Positions 50,561 through 64,000 of a stretch of DNA of 64,000 nucleotides are shown one piece after another (the stretch's first letter is position 1; each line of letters begins with the position of its first letter). A program made the position numbers and the translations under genes. Source of the stretch: the human T2T-CHM13v2.0 reference genome, Homo sapiens. The notes below the pieces were generated by a model, which saw only the letters and a program-made list of their open reading frames with translations, had not been told where the DNA came from and ran no database searches. The DNA is taken from assembly GCF_009914755.1 (NCBI RefSeq), contig NC_060926.1; one strand, 5' to 3'.

Positions 50561-53224
50561 TCATGCAGTGTATTATTCAGCCAAAATTTTACAACTACAA
50601 AGCAATACCATCTATTATCTGATATATAAAATCTGTAATGAGCTAATAAAAACATGGACTGGAATAGTATATATCAAATTACTGACAGTGGTCATCGCTG
50701 GAGAGAAAGAAGCAAGACTAGGATGGAGAGGAGGAACAAAATGGTTTTCAATTTTAACTGTGAGATATACTATCTGAAGCCTAAGTGACAAAAAGTGAAC
50801 ATTTTAAATATGAGCAGGGGATATGTGTATCATATTATTCTTCTGCTTTTTCTGAATTAGAAAAAAATAGGAGGGTCTTTCCCGGGGGCATCTTCATTGT
50901 GCCATCCTGCTCATGTGATGGGAAGAAATTCATCCCTGGCGTTATTGCTCCTAGGAACATCCTGTGGGAGATGAAAGTATGTGTGCTGTTTTGAAATTAA
51001 AAGCAAAGCAGGAAAAGTCAAGAGTCCTCTTTTTCAGAGAGAAAAACTTGCAGAACCTGTGGAGTTGTTACCCCCATACTGTTGACAATCCTCACTCTTC
51101 CCTTCCCTTCTCAGCCAGAAAGCAGCCTTTATTATTTATTATTTTTATTTTTTGTACAGGGCTCCCAGCCAGCCTCAAGGGTCTATGTATGCTAGTGTGA
51201 TTGCTGTGTTTTTCTAACCACTTCAAAGGTCATGTTCACTTATCTGTGAAAACAAGTTCTCATTCCTTGCACCCTATTTGCCTTCATGTCTCAGGAAATA
51301 GGGACGGGCAAATCACTTGCCAGGTGGGAAGAAAATAAAGGAATGTTGTACACACACCCTACTCTGAAGACCAGAGCGGAAAGGGAACCTATCTGTGTAT
51401 CCCAAGGGGGCTGTGAGCAGGAGAGAAAGACAGAAATACAGCAGAGAGATGTGACTTACATGTCCTAATCTCCCCACTCCCGAGGTGAACCCCAAGATCA
51501 GAAGGAGGCATAGTGAACATTTCCAACTAGATATGGAAGGAACCTGAGAATATTTGGAGGAGGAGACCAGCGACACTGTTTCCCAAACACAGCTTAGGGG
51601 AGACTGGGAGCATCTTGGAAGAGCCCCACACAGAGCCATGTTCAGCATGGCCTGAGTGAGGGCGGAAACTTTAGCGGTGGAGCAGGAAAGTGACCAGCTA
51701 GGCAAGCCTCCAGCAGCACTGCTTGCACTCCATGGCCTGCCCGGGCTGAACAGTGGGCCTAAGAATTCATAAGTGCTCCAGAGAGGGACAAGGAGGGACT
51801 AAGAGGGCCCTGAGTTAAGAAAAAGACATCACATTGCCCCCAAATGCCACTGGGGACCAGTGGTGCAGAGTGAATCAATCGGTGACTGTGATACACAGTT
51901 TAGTTTGTCCTCTGTCATAAGAATAAATATCAGATATCATAATCAGGGAAAGCACAAAGAAGAGAGAGCTTTTGAGAGCTGTTTACCTAGAATTTAAATT
52001 CTTCATGTTCACTTTAGTACCTCTTTAAATGCTCAATTCCTGTGAAAACATGTATTGTAACCCAGTGCTATCACTCTAAAAGCTGTGGTAGAAGGTGTGG
52101 AGTTTTAAGTATGGAAGAGGGTATGTGCTAAATAGAAAAGGTAAATAGAAAGCTTTTTAAAAATCTGGGTAAATGCACACACATATCCACATGCAGGATG
52201 CACAAATGAACCCTATGAGGGCTCTGACACTAAGAAACTGGCAGTACCTGGACTACAGATTCAGCAGGAACAAGTCCACAAACTGAGCAGGCAGTTAATG
52301 AGCTTAGCACCCATCATCCCTGGCTCAGAGTATGGCCCTGGAATTCTTTGTTGCAACAAAATATAAAATAGAACCTGAAAAGAAGCTTGGCTATGAGCAA
52401 GTAAGGCTTCCTTCATTTGCCTGGTCCCGCAGGCTCTCTGTTGCAGTGGCGGCAAACCCACCCAGATGGGTTGTGCTCTGCAACTTCAAGCAGCCCTATC
52501 ACCAGTGAGGGTGGTGGCAATGCTCCAGGCCCCTTGGGGCAGGGGAGGTAAGAAAGCATGCCATCTGATGCTGCCCCCCTTGCTGACCTGGGCAGCGGGC
52601 ACATTCCTCAGTTCCCTCTGACCCATGGGCTGTCCTGAACTGAACTCTGCTCAGCTCCATCCCCTCTGCTCGCCTGCTCCCTGCAGAGTGAGCCCGCCCC
52701 TTGCTGGCTAGGCTTTCCCTGCCTTATTGGGTTTAAATTACTTTTTTGAACTTTGGTCTCATTATTTTTGGACCATCATTTGGTCTGGAAGATTTTCTTT
52801 CCACGGGTTCCTTCTGTTCTTCCTTTTCACCCTCTTGAATGTGCTTCCCAAGGCCTCTTTTTGCAGTTTCTTTTGGGTGGTTTTTATTACCTTCATGCAT
52901 CTAATCTGAGTAGGGAGAAGCTCCAAGATCATTGTTATCTTCCCGCTTGGAATCCTGCTTGTTTGGTTGTTATGGGAGCTCCTCCATTTAAAGGGCTGGG
53001 GAACTCTGCTTCTCCAGGAGCTCGTGACCCAGCTCCCAGAATGGCCTTTTCCAACACAACATGAGAAACCAGCTTCAGCGGCAACCCTGCAGGGCCACAA
53101 CCCATCCTCACTCTCGGAAACAAACCCATAGATCTGGGGCCGCCCCTCTAGGCACACACCTAAAGATACCATGGCACTATTTCTTTCTCTCCTCTTATAG
53201 CAAGAGTTTGATTTTGTAGTTGAA

Positions 53225-54150
53225 CTGGTTTGGATGGTTCAGGCTGCAAGTAACAGAATATATCTCAACTGGCTTGAGCAATTAAGAAAACATTATCTCC
53301 TATAACAAAAGTCTATGGGTAGGACAATTCTGAGGCTGGTGAATTCAAAGCTCACAGACATCAACAAGGCCCTGGTTCTTTCTGTCCTCCTGCTCTAGCA
53401 CCCTCATGTATGGGCTCGTCCTTGGGTTAGCTAATCTACTGGTGAAACGTGACTACCATAGTCTTACCCATTGCTATGGTCTGAGTGTTCGTGTCCCCCG
53501 CAAGTTTCTATGTCGAAACCTAACCACTAATGTGATCATATTAAAAGGTGGGGCCTTTGGGAAGTGATTTGGTCATGAGGGTGGAGCCTTCATGGTTGGG
53601 ATTAGTGCCTTTAAAAAAGAGGTCCCAGAGACCTGTCTTGCCCCTTCCACCATGTGAGGACACAGTGAGAAGCACCATCTATGAACTGGGAAGCAGGCTC
53701 TCACCAGACATTGAATCTGCCAGTGCCGTGATCGTGGACTTCCTAGATTCCAGAACTGTGAGAAATAAATTTCTGTTTTTTATAAGCTTCTTAGTTTATG
53801 GTATTTTGTTATAGAAGCCCAAAAGACCAAGACACCCAGACACCACAACATCCAACAGAAAAGAGAGCTCATCTATTCGCACATGAATACACCTTTCATG
53901 GAAACCCTTCCATGGGATAAGGCCTTCTCTCACATCTTATTGCCCGTGCCCAAACCAATTCCTATCAAGAAGAACAGGACCACTATTGACTCGGATCAAC
54001 CATAAATAAAGTTCTGGAGTTGAAGAGGGGCTCCATCTTTCCAGAAGTTCATAACTTCACAGAGGAAGGCAAAGGCCTGAACCCATCAGTAGGCCTTTTA
54101 AAAGAGAGGAAAGGGGGAGTGTGTTGATAGGTAGACTCACAGCTCTGTCT
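53225..54150 (-). mobile_element. Ancient LTR (ERVL/MaLR class) split by MLT1A
   Basis: 'ttcaggctgcaagtaacaga...caactggcttgagc' start motif; continues after 53834. The family is uncertain. Confidence 0.45.
53472..53834 (+). mobile_element. MLT1A/A0 solo LTR
   Basis: 'tgctatggtctgagtgt...gtggggcctttgggaagtgatt...ccatgtgaggacacag...aataaatttctgttt...gaccaagaca'. Confidence 0.9.
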
Positions 54151-54566
54151 GCTACCCTGTAAGAGAAAATCCAGATTTCTGCCACAAAGTTTCTGTTCCT
54201 GTATTTCTGATTCACCCTACTTCTCTCCAGTAACTCTGATGTTTTTTGTTTTCTAATGTCTCTATATTTTTTATGTCTCCTGAGGAGGCAGAATATTATA
54301 ACAATTAAGTACTTGAATTTAGAGTTAATTAATCCTGGATTTGAGGCCTAGCTCTACCATTTACTAGCTGGGAACTTTTTCAAGTTACCTTATCTCTCTG
54401 GATTTTTGTTTTCTCACTCAGAATAGCAAATAATAATAGCAACCACTTATATAGAGATTACTATATACCAATCAGTCTCCTAAGTCTTTGCATATATCAA
54501 CAGATTTAAGCTGCACAACAATGCAGTGAGATAAATACTCCTACTCCCCACTTTTAAAATGAGAGA

Positions 54567-54876
54567 GGCTGGGTGCAGTAGCTCATGTCTATAATCCTAG
54601 CACTTCAAGAGATCGGGGTGGGAGAATCCCTTGAGCCCAGGAGTTCAAGACCAGCCTGGGCAATGTAGCGAGACCCAGTCTCTACAAAAAACAAAAAACT
54701 TAGCCAGGAGTGGTGGTGCACACCTGTGGTTCCAGCTACATGGGAGGCTGAGACAGGAGGACTGCTTGAACACCGGAGGTTGAGGCTGTAGTGAGCCATG
54801 TTAGTGCCACTGCACTCCAGCCTGGGTTAAAGAGCATGACCTAGTCTCAAAATAATAAACAAATAAATAAACAAAC
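54567..54876 (+). mobile_element. AluJ inserted in a MIR
   Basis: 'cttgagcccaggagttcaag...ggttgaggctgtagtgagccatg'; the MIR resumes as 'gcacagagaagttaagtaag'. Confidence 0.92.
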
Positions 54877-54989
54877 CAAGGCACAGAGAAGTTAAGTAAG
54901 CTGCCATAATCACACAGCTTGTGAGGAGCAAAGCTGTGATCTAACACTATAGAGTCTATGACCCCAATCACTTCATCATACTGCCTCTT

Positions 54990-55111
54990 TCCCCCGCCCC
55001 CCACCCCACCACCCAGGAGTTTAAGAGTGGAGATTTAATAGGCAGAAGAAAGAGAAAGGAAAACAGCTCTCTATCTAGTGTGAGAGAGAGGACTTCTGAG
55101 AGGAAAGGCCC
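54990..55111 (-). mobile_element. Short ERV1-LTR-derived (MER61-like) fragment with 14-bp TSD
   Basis: Flanked by tcatactgcctctt (54976-54989) and tcatactgtctctt (55112-55125). The minus strand reads '...tttcttctgcctATTAAAtctccactcttaaactcct'. Confidence 0.65.
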
Positions 55112-55939
55112 TCATACTGTCTCTTAATGAAATACAAAGGCAATCAAAACAGTGCTCATAGGCTGAAGATTATTAAGAAGATAACACAGGTCAAACATTT
55201 AGCAGAGAGGCTTGAACACAGCATATACTCTAAATATTAGGTAAGAAATTCTACACAATCACTTCACATGTATACAAGTCAGCCTGGCATATAGTGAGAG
55301 AATTAAACACCCCCTTTCTGGTCCTCCTTGGGCCAAACTTCTCTCAGTTTCACAACTTGTTCTAGAACCTAGCCCGTGGTTTACTTACAAAGTATTCCTT
55401 TTACTTTCTTAGCTATTAATAGAACAAAGCAAAACCTCTGTGAGTACAAAATTATGTGATCCAGAGCCTCAGCCTCTGTCTACCTGACTGTGACCTAGAG
55501 AGTCCTGTCCAAATAATTCTCCAGATCTAAAGAAATCCCCCATTGCCATAAACTCATACTGGTCCTAATTCTGTTTCCGCAGCCATATAGTTCTACTTCT
55601 CATTTTATTCTCCTTCAAAAATTGTGAAGTATTTCTAATACAGGATATAAAAAATTCTAGAGAACAACTTAAAGCACACACATGTGCCACAACCAAAATT
55701 TTGAAAAATATTAATGTTATCATATATGTTTCAGGCCTTTTAAAAATAAATTAAACACTAAAATACAACTGAAGCCCCATCCCCTCATTTTCTTCCCCTT
55801 TTTGGTAACCCCACACCTAAAGATATGTATCCCACTTCCATGAGTTTTTATATTTTTAGTACATTTTTATACAAAAACATTTATTATTGTTTTGTGTACC
55901 TGGTAACTTTAAAAATAAATGATGCCATACTGTTTATAA

Positions 55940-56498
<559 letters not shown>

Positions 56499-56553
56499 TG
56501 TATTTCTTATATTTTAATGGTTACTGATAAATTGTTAAATATACATATATATA

Positions 56554-56885
56554 CAGTCTTGCATCACTTAACAACAGGAATATGTTTGAGAAATGTCTCA
56601 TCAGGCAATTCTGTCATTGTGCAAACATCATAGAGTGTACTTATACAACCCTAGATGGTATAGCTGATTACACATCTAGGCTATATGGTATAGCCCATTG
56701 CTGCTAGGCTACAAACCTGTACAGCATGTTTTGGTAATGAATACTGTAGAAAATTGTAAGTATTTGTGTATCTAAACATATTTAAATATAGAAAAGGTAT
56801 GGTAAAAATATGGTATTATAATCTTCTGGGACCACCATCATATATGTGGTCCATCATTGACCAAAATACTGTGCAGTGCCTGACC
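56554..56885. mobile_element. Tigger3a/MER7-like DNA transposon
   Basis: 'cagtcttgcatcacttaacaacagg...gtgcaaacatcatagagtgtactta...ctaggctacaaacctgtacagcatg...gggaccaccatcatatatgtggtccatcattgacc'. Confidence 0.85.
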
Positions 56886-56899
56886 TCACAGAAATTTTT

Positions 56900-58500
56900 G
56901 CTAAGTTCTAAGTTTATTCATAATTTCTAGAATCCTCTTAAACAAAACAGAAATCTTAGTATGTTTTAACTAGTTTATTGAGCACTCCCTACCACCAACA
57001 TTCTTTGATGCTATTGTCTAGACTTTTGGCCCCATTTTTTAATACAAAATTTATTTTTATGTAGTTAATAGTTAATGCACTTTTACTGAACTACTTTACA
57101 AATTTTTCTCTCTTGCTCCCAATTGTTCTCTCTGATTTCTCTTTTCTCTTTCTTGAACTAAATGCAAGGGTCTGGGAGCAGTAAATTTTCTTAGTCTTTT
57201 TGTAACTTAATGTATCCTTATTTTGCCCTCACAATTGATTAATTTAGCTGGGATGAAATTCTAGGTTGACTTTTTTCTTACTGCTATGAAGATATCAACT
57301 CATCTGCAATGGGGGTCTAATCTAGCTGAAGATCATTCTTTTGTGAATATAATCATTAATCCTTTGTGAGTAAGCTGTCTTTTCCCTTCTGGTAGCTTCT
57401 AATATGCATTTATTTTTATTATTCATGTTCTACAGTTTCACTACAGTGTAAATAGATGTGGTTTTATTTTCATTTGTTCTGTTTGCATTTTATATGAACT
57501 TTCACCAAAAGATTCACGACTTCAATTCTGGAAACTTACATCATTCTCTATTTCTTTTCCCTGGAACTCCTAATCAGATGCATACTGGAGTCTCTCAATC
57601 CATTTCTATTCCCCTTAACTTCCCATACAAACATTAATATGTTTGTATGCATATATATGCATAATTTTTCTTTTTGTCTATATTTTGTTTATATTTCTGA
57701 GTTCTATTTTCCCATTGTAATAGATTATCCAGAGAAACAGAACCAATATGGTGTGTATATATAGAGAGAGAGATTTGTTATAAGGAATTGTCTGACACAA
57801 TTATGGAGACTTTCAAGTTTAAATCTGCAGTGTGGGCCAGCAGGCTTGAGATGCAGGACAGCTGATGGTGCAGATGAAGTCCTATTAAGTGAACTGCTGG
57901 AGAATCTCCTCTTACTTGAGAGAAGATTGGCTTTTGTTCTATTCAGTCCTACTCATCTGATTTGAAGAGACCTGCTCATGTTATGGAGGGCAATCTGCTT
58001 TACTCTGCCAATTGAAATGTTAAATTCACCCAAAAATATCCACACAGAAACACCCAGAATAATGTCTGACCAAATATCTGGGCAACCCATAGCCCAGTCA
58101 AATTGCCACATAAAATTAATTATCACTGCCATTTAAATACTCTCTTTTTATTGTTTGCTCTAAACTCTACTTCAGAATTTATTCCATTTATTGAGTATTT
58201 TTTAAAATAGCAATTTTTTAGTACACAATTTACTATTGTTACTATATTCTCTTATATAGGTTTAATTTTTGCTTTTTTGTTTCATCATTTCTTATTTTAT
58301 CTTTTAATTTTTTATTATACTTTATCTCTTTGACAATCCTAAAGACTTCACTTTAAATCATTTTCAAATTGTCCTATCATTTTCATTTCATCTGACGTGA
58401 ATTTATTTTCCCACATTTTATTTTGTTAAGTGCTTGTCTTATGGTTAATATTCCTCACGTGTCTCGGATTTTGGTTTTCTGGTTCATGTTCTATGAGTCC
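56900..58500 (-). mobile_element. Decayed antisense L1M, interrupted by MLT2
   Basis: T-rich sequence with 'aatttagctgggatgaaattctaggttgac', 'ttctacagtttcactacagtgt' and 'ttcaattctggaaa' (L1M ORF1/5' region motifs). Confidence 0.6.
57717..58126 (-). mobile_element. MLT2 solo LTR
   Basis: 'tccagagaaacagaaccaata...tataaggaattg...atggagggcaatctgctttact...cagtcaaattgccacataaaattaattatca'. Confidence 0.88.
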
Positions 58501-58571
58501 ACTTCAGGTTATATATGGGCAGTTTGGGATTTCTATCTTGGTGTGATATTAGGAATATCAGATTTAATCTC

Positions 58572-58941
58572 TGTATCAGTCCATTTTCACACTGCTGATA
58601 AAGACATACCTGAGACTGGGTAATTTATAGAGAAAAAGAGGTTTAATGGACTCACAGTTCCCCGTGGCTGGGCAGGCCTCACAATTATGGTGAAAGATGA
58701 AGGAAGAACAAAGGGACTTCTTACATGGCAGCCGGTAAGAGAGAAATGAGAACCAAGCAAAAAGGGATTCCCATTATAAAACCACCAGATCTCCTCAAAC
58801 TTATTCACTAGCACTAACAATATGGGGGAACCACACCCAAGATTCAATTATCTCCCTCCAGGTCCCTTGTGCAACATGTGGGAATTATGGGAGCTACAAT
58901 TCAAGATGAGATTTGGGTGGGGAAACAGAGAAACCATATCA
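58572..58941 (-). mobile_element. THE1 (THE1B-like) solo LTR
   Basis: 'tgtatcagtccattttcacactgctgataaagacatacc...aaaccatatca'; perfect TSD atctc. Confidence 0.93.
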
Positions 58942-59409
58942 ATCTCTAAGCTAGCCGGTGCCTTGACCCAGGCCTTCCCTCAGGGGCTGTGCTCCACCTT
59001 CTTCTGCCTTCCTAGACATGCAGTTTTATGTAAGCCATAGATTCATGTTGCAGCATTTTTCCCCAGCCTCTTCATGACTTGACAGCAAAAGCAGAAATAT
59101 GGGGATTTCTATACCCAATTTTAAACTAACAGAATTGCATATGCAGCTTCCTCTGCCTACTTTTTTGACCCGTGGCCCCACAGGGCTGGAGATTCAACTA
59201 CATTGACATGGCTTGTATTTTACCGATCACTGTGATGGGTCAAAAGCAGAGTAAAGGCCTCAAAACGTGAAGTGATAACATGGTTTTGACTAAAGTTCTC
59301 CCATTTCTATTCTCCCTCTATTGTTACAGCTTCTCTAATGGTTCTCTTTGTATTCCTGGCATTCTCTGGAGGCTTCTGATAAAAACAGGGTCTTTAATTG
59401 CCCCCCTTT

Positions 59410-59850
59410 TCCAGTCAGGTCCCCAATAAGAAACAGATGTTGTACTCAAATGGGGTAATTAAGGAGAGTTTACTAAAGGGACTGCTTGCAAAGATGTAGT
59501 CCAAGCTAAGATAAATTGGAAAGGATTGGTGAAGCTCCCAAGCCAACAACAACAGGCCTAGTAGAGAACTATCACTGTGCTATAGGAGAGAGCTGCCTGG
59601 CAGGAGTGCCAGCCTTTGATAGAGGAACATGGTCCACTACTGAACCTTAACTTGGTAAAGAGAGAGACAAAGGAGTAAATACTCCCAACTCCTTCTCCCG
59701 CCCTTTGATCCTCTGCTTCCCATGGGCCAAACTCAACAGGAAATCAGACTGCAAGGGACCCCTTAACATAGACAAGAAAGGTCAGCCTCTCAGGGCACAG
59801 AGTAGGGCAAGGAGTGGATCTGGATGTGGTAAAGAAAGAACACACAGAAT
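59410..59850 (-). mobile_element. Old ERVL solo LTR (LTR40/41-like)
   Basis: 'gaaacagatgttgtactcaaatggggtaattaaggagagtttactaaagggact...aggtcagcctctcagggcacagag'. Confidence 0.6.
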
Positions 59851-62800
59851 ACAGAATAGCCCAAGACTACATTTCTCAGGTCACTTCCATCTTCACATTA
59901 CAGAAATAAATCATCTTCCTTTTCCACTTCCCCCTCTTTAGCTAATGCCTTTTTTACTTTTTTTTTTTTTTAATTTCATAGGTCATTTCTTGAAAGAGTT
60001 GTCTAAAGGCACTGTCTGCACTTTATTCTTATTTGCTACTCAACCTCCTGTTGTTCAGTTTCTGACTTTATAGCCCCCTGAAATTTCTCTCCAGGAAGTT
60101 ACTGATTTCTTGCTGAATTATAAACCCAATCCAAACTTTTGGATGCTTATCAACTGCATTGAGGCACTCCTTGCCTAAAGGCTCCTCCCCTCTTGATCTC
60201 TGTGTGACCACTTTCTCTCAGTTCCCCTCCTTTGAAACTGCAAAGGCAGCATGTAAGAGGAGCAACTACCTGGGCTGAATTAAGACCTGAAGGCCCCAAG
60301 GGAATGAGGCTAGTGATAGCCAGAGGTGTGGTGCAGGGTGCAGGGTGGGGAGCATGTCCTAACAGAGGAAACCACACATGTGGTATCCATTGCTTCTTAT
60401 TTGCCATCAGTGACTGCATGGTTGACCACCAAACTCTATAGGGTCACTCTGAAGAATAGAAAAAGCTGAAGTGGTCTAGAAGAAATTAGATTTTCTATAG
60501 GAAAGACATAAAGAAAACTTGGCAGAGGTATCTGTTTTTAAAAATACATAAATCTCGGCCTCGACCAACACTTATTTGATGTGACCCTTTCACCCAAGAC
60601 CATTTCTTCATCCCACTAGAACCTCAGTTCTCAGCACTGAGCAATATCAGCTGACAGCCTTTCATCCAGCAGGACAACAGAACTGTGGGACCCCAGCAGA
60701 GACAAGGCTGTCAGTGAGGCCTGTCCTGGTGGGCTGTCATCCCACGTGGAGAGGTGAGAAAAGTAGGGTGGAAGAGGAAACGATGCTGAAGACTGAGGAG
60801 GCAGGTGGAATTCAAAGTTGGTCTTTTTTTTTCTTTTCCAAATTAAAGAGATGTTTTCTCTGCCACAGCTTCTGGGCCCTGATACAGCAATAAGTCAAAC
60901 ACCAGCATTCATCCCCTTGCAAATGGGAACCACCTCCCCACCTTGGAGCACAGACAGATTGTAGTTGAGACGCCCAGTGGAAAAAGCTGAGTATGGCTGG
61001 GCAGCCTCACACAGGCCTTTGCCTCTAGATCCCCTTGAGCTCCCTTCCCAAGAGTCCTTGACAAATATGCAGGGCTAAGAGGCTGTCCAAGGAATGCAGC
61101 CATCTCAGCCATTCATTACCAAGGCTCAAAACCACAGGGGCAGGAAGAGCAGACAGAGCTGGGTAGGATCCGTCTCCGGTGAGGTTTGGAAATGGGAGAT
61201 ACCCCTGACTGGGCAGGCTGAATTGATGTGGTCTGGCCTAGGGGCAAGGGGATGGACAGAATGACCATCACCACTCTCAGCCAGCCTGGTGGGTCTATGA
61301 AAAGAGATGTTTGATTCATTCTCGGGCTCTACCCAAGTGACTCTGAAATATTCCTAGACGGTTGCCAGGACAGTCAATAGTGGGTGAAACAAAGACCCAG
61401 AAGCCAAAATTCTGGGCTTCCAAGCTGCTTCCTTCAATCTTCTTTAAGTGTTTTCCTTTATGTTTGTTCCTTTATGGCTTGTTCCCCTTCTCTGATAAAC
61501 TGTAAGACCCCTGAGGTCAGAGGTGCTTTCCTCTCCTGCCCACTCCTTCCCCCTTCTGCTTTCTTTCTCCTGCAAACCTGTGCTAGGACACCTTAAAAAG
61601 AAGGATTCCTGATGGACTCAAGATGATTTATCTAATTTGCAACTGGTCAGCCACAGGGCTATGGAGAGGGTGAGCAGGATTGGGGCTGGCAAGAATGATA
61701 AGAAGGAACAAACCTGGAACCATGATTACTCATTCATGGTCTTCCAGTTTACACTCTACTGTGATGACCATGAAAGAGAAAAAGAATTAGTAAAAAAGAA
61801 AAAAATACATAGACAGACTGCCCTCCCAGACACAGAAAAATGATTTTCTTACCCATAAGAAAATTCCATCAAACATGAAGATTAAATGGGGACCTAAAAT
61901 CTGATACCTACCAGTATCTGGACACACCTGGATCCTGTGGAGGTGGCTCTGGGCAGACAGACAAGTTGGAGGGGCAGATGGAATTAGTCAAGTAGGGAAA
62001 GTCAGAGTGAATAAGTCAGGAAAGCCCTCCCACAGGAAGAATTTTGAGTAAGGATTTGTGAATGAGAAATCCAGAATAAAAAGAGGCAGGTATAGTTCTC
62101 TACAGAGAACTACGGCCAGCAGGGGATATTCACATGAGAGCTGGGCATGCAGACCAGGACCAGGAAACATTCTAGGAGAGCCCAAACATAAGGGGAAGTG
62201 GGCACATAGTGAAATGGGGCTGGGGGAGTGAGGTGATGGAGAGACGCTGTCCTAAAAGCTCAAGCTGAGGAGACTGGATTGAGTACAAGGGGACATTGGG
62301 AGCCAAGTCAGAGATCCATCCCAGCATCTCTGGAGGTCTGTAAGAAGCTGTGGTCTCTCTCTTCTCTCAAGGAGAATTGCAGGAGCTCTGATGCCTCAGA
62401 ATTTCCCATGCAGGCAGACCAAGGGGAGAAGGAGAGATGCTTTCTCCAAAGAGCTCAAGAGGAGTCAGGAGAAGGTGGGATTAGCAGCCAGCAGGAAAAG
62501 GCATGGACCTCTGGTAAAGCCTTTAGAGATATCTTCCTTTCTCCTGCGGTGGGTGGGGGGAGGTTGTGATGGATATAAAGAGGCCTGATGGAAAGTCTGG
62601 ATTTACATCAAGTGTGAGGGGAAGGACTCTGGGAAGGACGGCAGTACAGGAAAGTCAACACGTCACTGGCCTTCATTGTATTGGCCACCCAGGACTGAGT
62701 TCCGGCATGAGGCTTGTCCATGTTGTTTTTTGTTTGCCCTATACCCACAGCACAGATGGCCCATGGTGTGGAGGAGGCTCATTTCAAATCCATCATCAGT

Positions 62801-63003
62801 CATCTAAAGCGCACTAAGGTTCAACAAATGATTTCAAGTCCATCTTCAGTCAACTTCAGTGGACTTTTAAAATTCAACAAATGATTTTTTAATGTCTATC
62901 TCAAGCCAGGCACAGGTTTGTTACTGGAAAGCAACACAAGATGTTAACAGAATGGATGTTTCTGTCCTAGAAGAAATGTCTGCATTCTACAAAGAAAAAT
63001 GGC

Positions 63004-63320
63004 AGCCAGGCACCATGGCTCATGCCTGTAATCCCAACACTTTAGGAGGCAAAGTCAGGAGGATCATTTTAAGGCCAGGAGTTCAAGACCATCCTGGGCA
63101 ACATAGCAAAACCTGACTTCTACAAAAAAAATTTAAAACGTAGCCAGGCATGGTGGCTTGCACCTGTCATCCTAGCTACTCAGGAGGCTAAAGCAGGACG
63201 ATTGCTTAAGCCCAGGAGTTGGAGGTTACCATGAGCTATGATTGCACCACTGCACTCCAGCCTAAAGCTAGGCAACAGAGTGAGACTCTGTCTTTAAAAA
63301 AATAATAATAATTTTTTAAA
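63004..63320 (+). mobile_element. AluJ inserted in an L2 3' remnant
   Basis: Diverged J-type Alu; TSD-like aagaaaaatgg/aggaaaaatgg. Confidence 0.9.
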
Positions 63321-63411
63321 AAAGGAAAAATGGAAACTAAACAAGTAAACAAACCGGCATAATCATTTAGTTGCTGCTAAATACTCTGAAGAAGATAAAA
63401 TATCCAGGCCA

Positions 63412-63777
<366 letters not shown>

Positions 63778-63901
63778 CTAGGAGGACTGGATGTCAGTGC
63801 TGGGACAAGAATGGCAGCAAGGGGCAGCCCAGGGGAGAGGTAGGGGGAGCGCCCCCCCAGCAGAAGGGAGAAGCACGCTCAATGACCAAATCTGCCGCTG
63901 G

Positions 63902-64000
63902 TGTTTCAGGAAAGGGGTCCTGATCCAGACCCCAAGAAAGGGTTCCTGGATCTCAAGGAAGAAAGAATTCAGGGCAAGTCCATACAGTAAAGGGAAAGCA
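63902..64000 (-). mobile_element. MER41 LTR 3' end (continues beyond the window)
   Basis: 'tgtttcaggaaaggggtcctgatccagaccccaagaaagggttcctggatctc...gaaagaattcagggc', parallel to 23758-23850. Confidence 0.88.

Overview
This is human (primate) euchromatic non-coding DNA, either intergenic or deep intronic. I cannot recognise any protein-coding gene, tRNA, rRNA or known miRNA, and I cannot name the locus. A large part of the window is interspersed repeats: about 13 Alus, two long decayed sense-strand L1M blocks, a full-length THE1 (LTR-int-LTR), solo THE1/MST/MLT/MER41/LTR16/LTR40-like LTRs, MADE1, MER53, Tigger3, and MIR and L2 remnants. Repeat subfamily calls were made by eye from remembered consensus sequences and need RepeatMasker/Dfam confirmation. 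Most ORFs in the track are repeat-derived or chance ORFs. The most notable observations are small. There is a nearly pristine Alu with the diagnostics of the rare, very young AluYb11 subfamily (15186-15481), and a 33-nt 5' fragment of U1 snRNA with a 19-bp TSD hidden inside an old L1 (29157-29189). There is also an apparently L1-mobilised LTR-transcript 3' end whose tail is now a G-run (54990-55111), a locally templated ~100-bp duplication inserted into an L1 remnant (18.6 kb copied to 19.2 kb), a 19-bp minisatellite and several repeat-free, motif-rich candidate regulatory or lncRNA segments. I found no convincing evidence of a new multi-gene biological system.
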